64,000 bases of DNA from the NCBI GenBank assembly GCA_002189035.1, contig NEEC01000026.1, forward strand, positions 1-64,000. The letters run 5' to 3'. The DNA comes from Utricularia gibba (lineage: Eukaryota; Plantae; Magnoliophyta). The first letter of the stretch is position 1, and every line of letters starts with the position of its first letter. The notes under the pieces were generated by a model. That model had not been told where the DNA came from. It did no database searches and saw only the letters and a list, made by a program, of their open reading frames with translations. Both the position numbers and the translations under genes were made by a program. Positions 61,594-64,000 of the stretch are shown here, piece after piece.

Positions 61594-64000
61594 ATGCAAG
61601 TTATATCATATGAAGATTCCTCAAAGACGTTTCGTGGTGTTCGATTTGTACTCCTTGGTTTTGACTCAGCAAAAGCGGAGAAGGTTTTTTCTTTTTCCCA
61701 CCCTTCCTTTTAATTTCTGCTCTATTTCCCGCTAGGGAAAATCCGGACGTTGTTTGCTGTTATTGTTTTGTTCAGGTGCGGATGAAGCTTTTGCAAGGAG
61801 GAGGAGAGGATACTTTCACAAATGGCCCTGATTGCACTCATGTTATTGTGGAAAATCTTGTATACGTGAGTACCCATTCATTTTCCAGTCACTTGTTTTT
61901 CGGATTCAAGTCGCTGGTCTTTATTGCTTAATCATGTTGCAGGACGATCCAGTATGCCTAGCTGCAAGGAACGATGGCAAAGTACTGGTGACTGCAATTT
62001 GGGTTAATCACAGTTATGATGCGGGAATGCCGGTGGATCCAACCTCGGCAAGTTCCCTCTCTATGGATGTCTGCTTTATCTATTATGCCTAAGTGCTAGC
62101 TCATCAATGCTAGAGTGACCTTCCAGGAACTGCGTTTTTTTTTCTGATGCTTTTCTTATTCTACATATATGTTCATTCAATGGCATTCCCATGCTCTCAT
62201 ATTGCGTTTGATTTTTTCAGGTCATGTACAGGCCTGTTTTAGATTTGAATGGTATCCAAGGGGCCAGATCTTTGGTTATTTGCTTGACTGGATATATCCG
62301 ACATGACCGAGATGATATCATGGTTCTTACATTATGCTGCTTCCTCTCTATCCAAGCGATGACTTTGTTTTCTATCCTGCTAGTTTTCTGATGTTGCATT
62401 GACAATCCCCCTAACAAAATTCAATTTCTTTTCCAGACCATGGTTTCCTTGATGGGTGCAGCATTTTCAAAACCCTAGTCGCAAATAAGGTTACTCATCT
62501 CATATGCTACAAATTTGAGGGTACGTTTTCATCTATCTCATTTCCTAATAGTCCTCTTGATTATAATTTGATGCACGTTTCATTTTGTTTTTAAGGCTTT
62601 CTTTTGCATGGATTTATAATTAAAAAATTTGATAACAAAAAACGTGTATTCTTGAGCAGGGGAAAAGTATGAGCTTGCCAAGAAAGTGAAGACAATAAAA
62701 CTAGTGAACCATCGCTGGTTGCAGGACAGGTATTTATAAACTATGCAATGCCACTATATTTCGAATTGCTGCTTGAGTGCCAATTGTCCTGTATGTTTTC
62801 TGAATGTCCTTTTTTGGTATATTTAACCTATATTTTTCTTTTTCTCTATTAGTTTGGAGGCTTGGAAGCTGCTTCCGGAAGTTGACTATTGTAAGAGGTC
62901 AGAAAAAGGACGATATGTGAAATGATGGCCTGAGAAATGCCTTTGGATTTCATCTTTGTCATAATTTTCTAGTTTATCCATATCAAGTCCTAACGATGTC
63001 AAGATTCCAAACATACTAAAATTCATTTTTTACTGCAGTGGGTATGAGTTGAGTATAGAGGTTGAAGCTAAAGATTCTGAAGACGACACAGAAACTGCAC
63101 CAGAAAATTTGGATGTCAGAAGGGAGAATATTGTCTGTCGTCAAAATATACCCACGGAGAATAATATCATCTCTCAGCCACCAGTTAAGCAGGAAGTATC
63201 AAGAAATACTTCTTTGAATGCATCCGAAACTTTGCTATATGCTGGTGGCAACCATAAGATTCATGAAAGTTCTGGAAAGGAAATTTCCTCAGTGGAAACC
63301 TTGAGTGCACCGAAAGGTTGTGATAAAAATCTTGGAACAGTGAGATCAGATGATTTAAACCTGCCTGGGGAGTTTTCTCTTAAAGTGCCATTGCCGAATC
63401 ATGGTACCGTGGTTTCTGAAAAGGATAGAGCCCTGTCGCCAATGCTGGAAAATGTGCACGTATCTCCTGCGGGTGTGCCCAAATCAAGAAAAAAGCAAAT
63501 ATCTCGAGCAAGTCCTGCTGTTCTTCTCAGATTAGAAAAAATGGAAAGTAATTCAGGCAGTCTAGCATCATCAATGCTGAATGAGCATGACGTTAGTGGT
63601 CTTGATATGGCCTTGGAGGATCTGTCTAATGGAGTCCGTCCTCATACATTTGCAGCAACTCTGGAGGAAGCCCCATTAGATGATAACATTGAGCTAGAAG
63701 TTTCAGTGTCAACTAAAAGGAAAAGGAGCACATCTCACGGTGGTTCGAAATCATCAATATCAAGCGGTAAGCAGGTTGCGTCAGTGGAAAGGGGGGTAGG
63801 AAAAAAGATTCTTAAAGTTTCAGCTTCTGGATCCTCAGTTAATAGCTCCAGCGTGTTGGGAGATGATTGTCTTGTAGCACTTTTCGATGGTTGTTCAGGG
63901 AAAGACAGTGAAGTTGCTGACATTACTATCTCATTAGAGAGGAAACAAGAACATGATGAAGAAATACTTCAACGCTCTAGTGAAACATCGAGAAAGAAGA
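61594..64000 (+). CDS. BCP1: BRCT-domain protein (At4g02110/BCP1-like), 5' part; 1-nt frameshift in exon 5 as assembled
   Basis: Exons 61594-61683, 61776-61865, 61943-62047, 62221-62322, 62437-62520, 62660-62729, 62853-62897, 63039->64000 (open to the edge). Motifs KTFRGVRFVLLGFD, CTHVIV, DDPVCLAARNDGK, ICLTGY, VTHLICYKFEGEKYELAK, LVNHRWLQD. Family assignment is from recalled Arabidopsis sequence, not a search. Confidence 0.85.

Noticed and set aside
62467-62478. Programmed ribosomal frameshift or telomere seed at AAAACCCTAG
   Set aside because: Not an X XXY YYZ slippery heptamer, and it is a single telomere-like heptamer within coding sequence. A simple deletion explains it.

Overview
Plant (angiosperm) nuclear DNA in three blocks. 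(1) 1-~44,974: a head-to-tail satellite array of ~85 copies of a ~534-bp monomer, open at the left edge. The hundreds of 60-90-aa ORFs in the track are repeat copies, not genes. Read across frameshifts, the monomer carries in order the motifs of the Myb/SANT-like ORF1 of Pong/Harbinger transposons, plus a candidate 51-nt intron (manual alignment, needs an HMM search). The last ~12 monomers show a 4-monomer (~2,137 bp) higher-order repeat, the left end shows a 2-monomer phase, and the interior shows signs of collapsed-consensus assembly. (2) ~44,975-53,500: nested dead transposons: an orphan DNA-transposon end, a hAT-like element with a solo LTR inside it, a Ty3/Gypsy gag relic split by a second solo LTR, a third solo LTR, and a truncated LTR. 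(3) ~53,900-64,000: three compact genes: importin-alpha (minus, 10 exons, 528 aa), CTP synthase (minus, 22 exons, 561 aa), and, head-to-head with it, a BRCT-domain gene (At4g02110/BCP1-like, plus, runs off the window). The BRCT gene has a GC-AG intron and a 1-nt frameshift in exon 5. All exon boundaries, counts and alignments were done by hand; no database searches were run.
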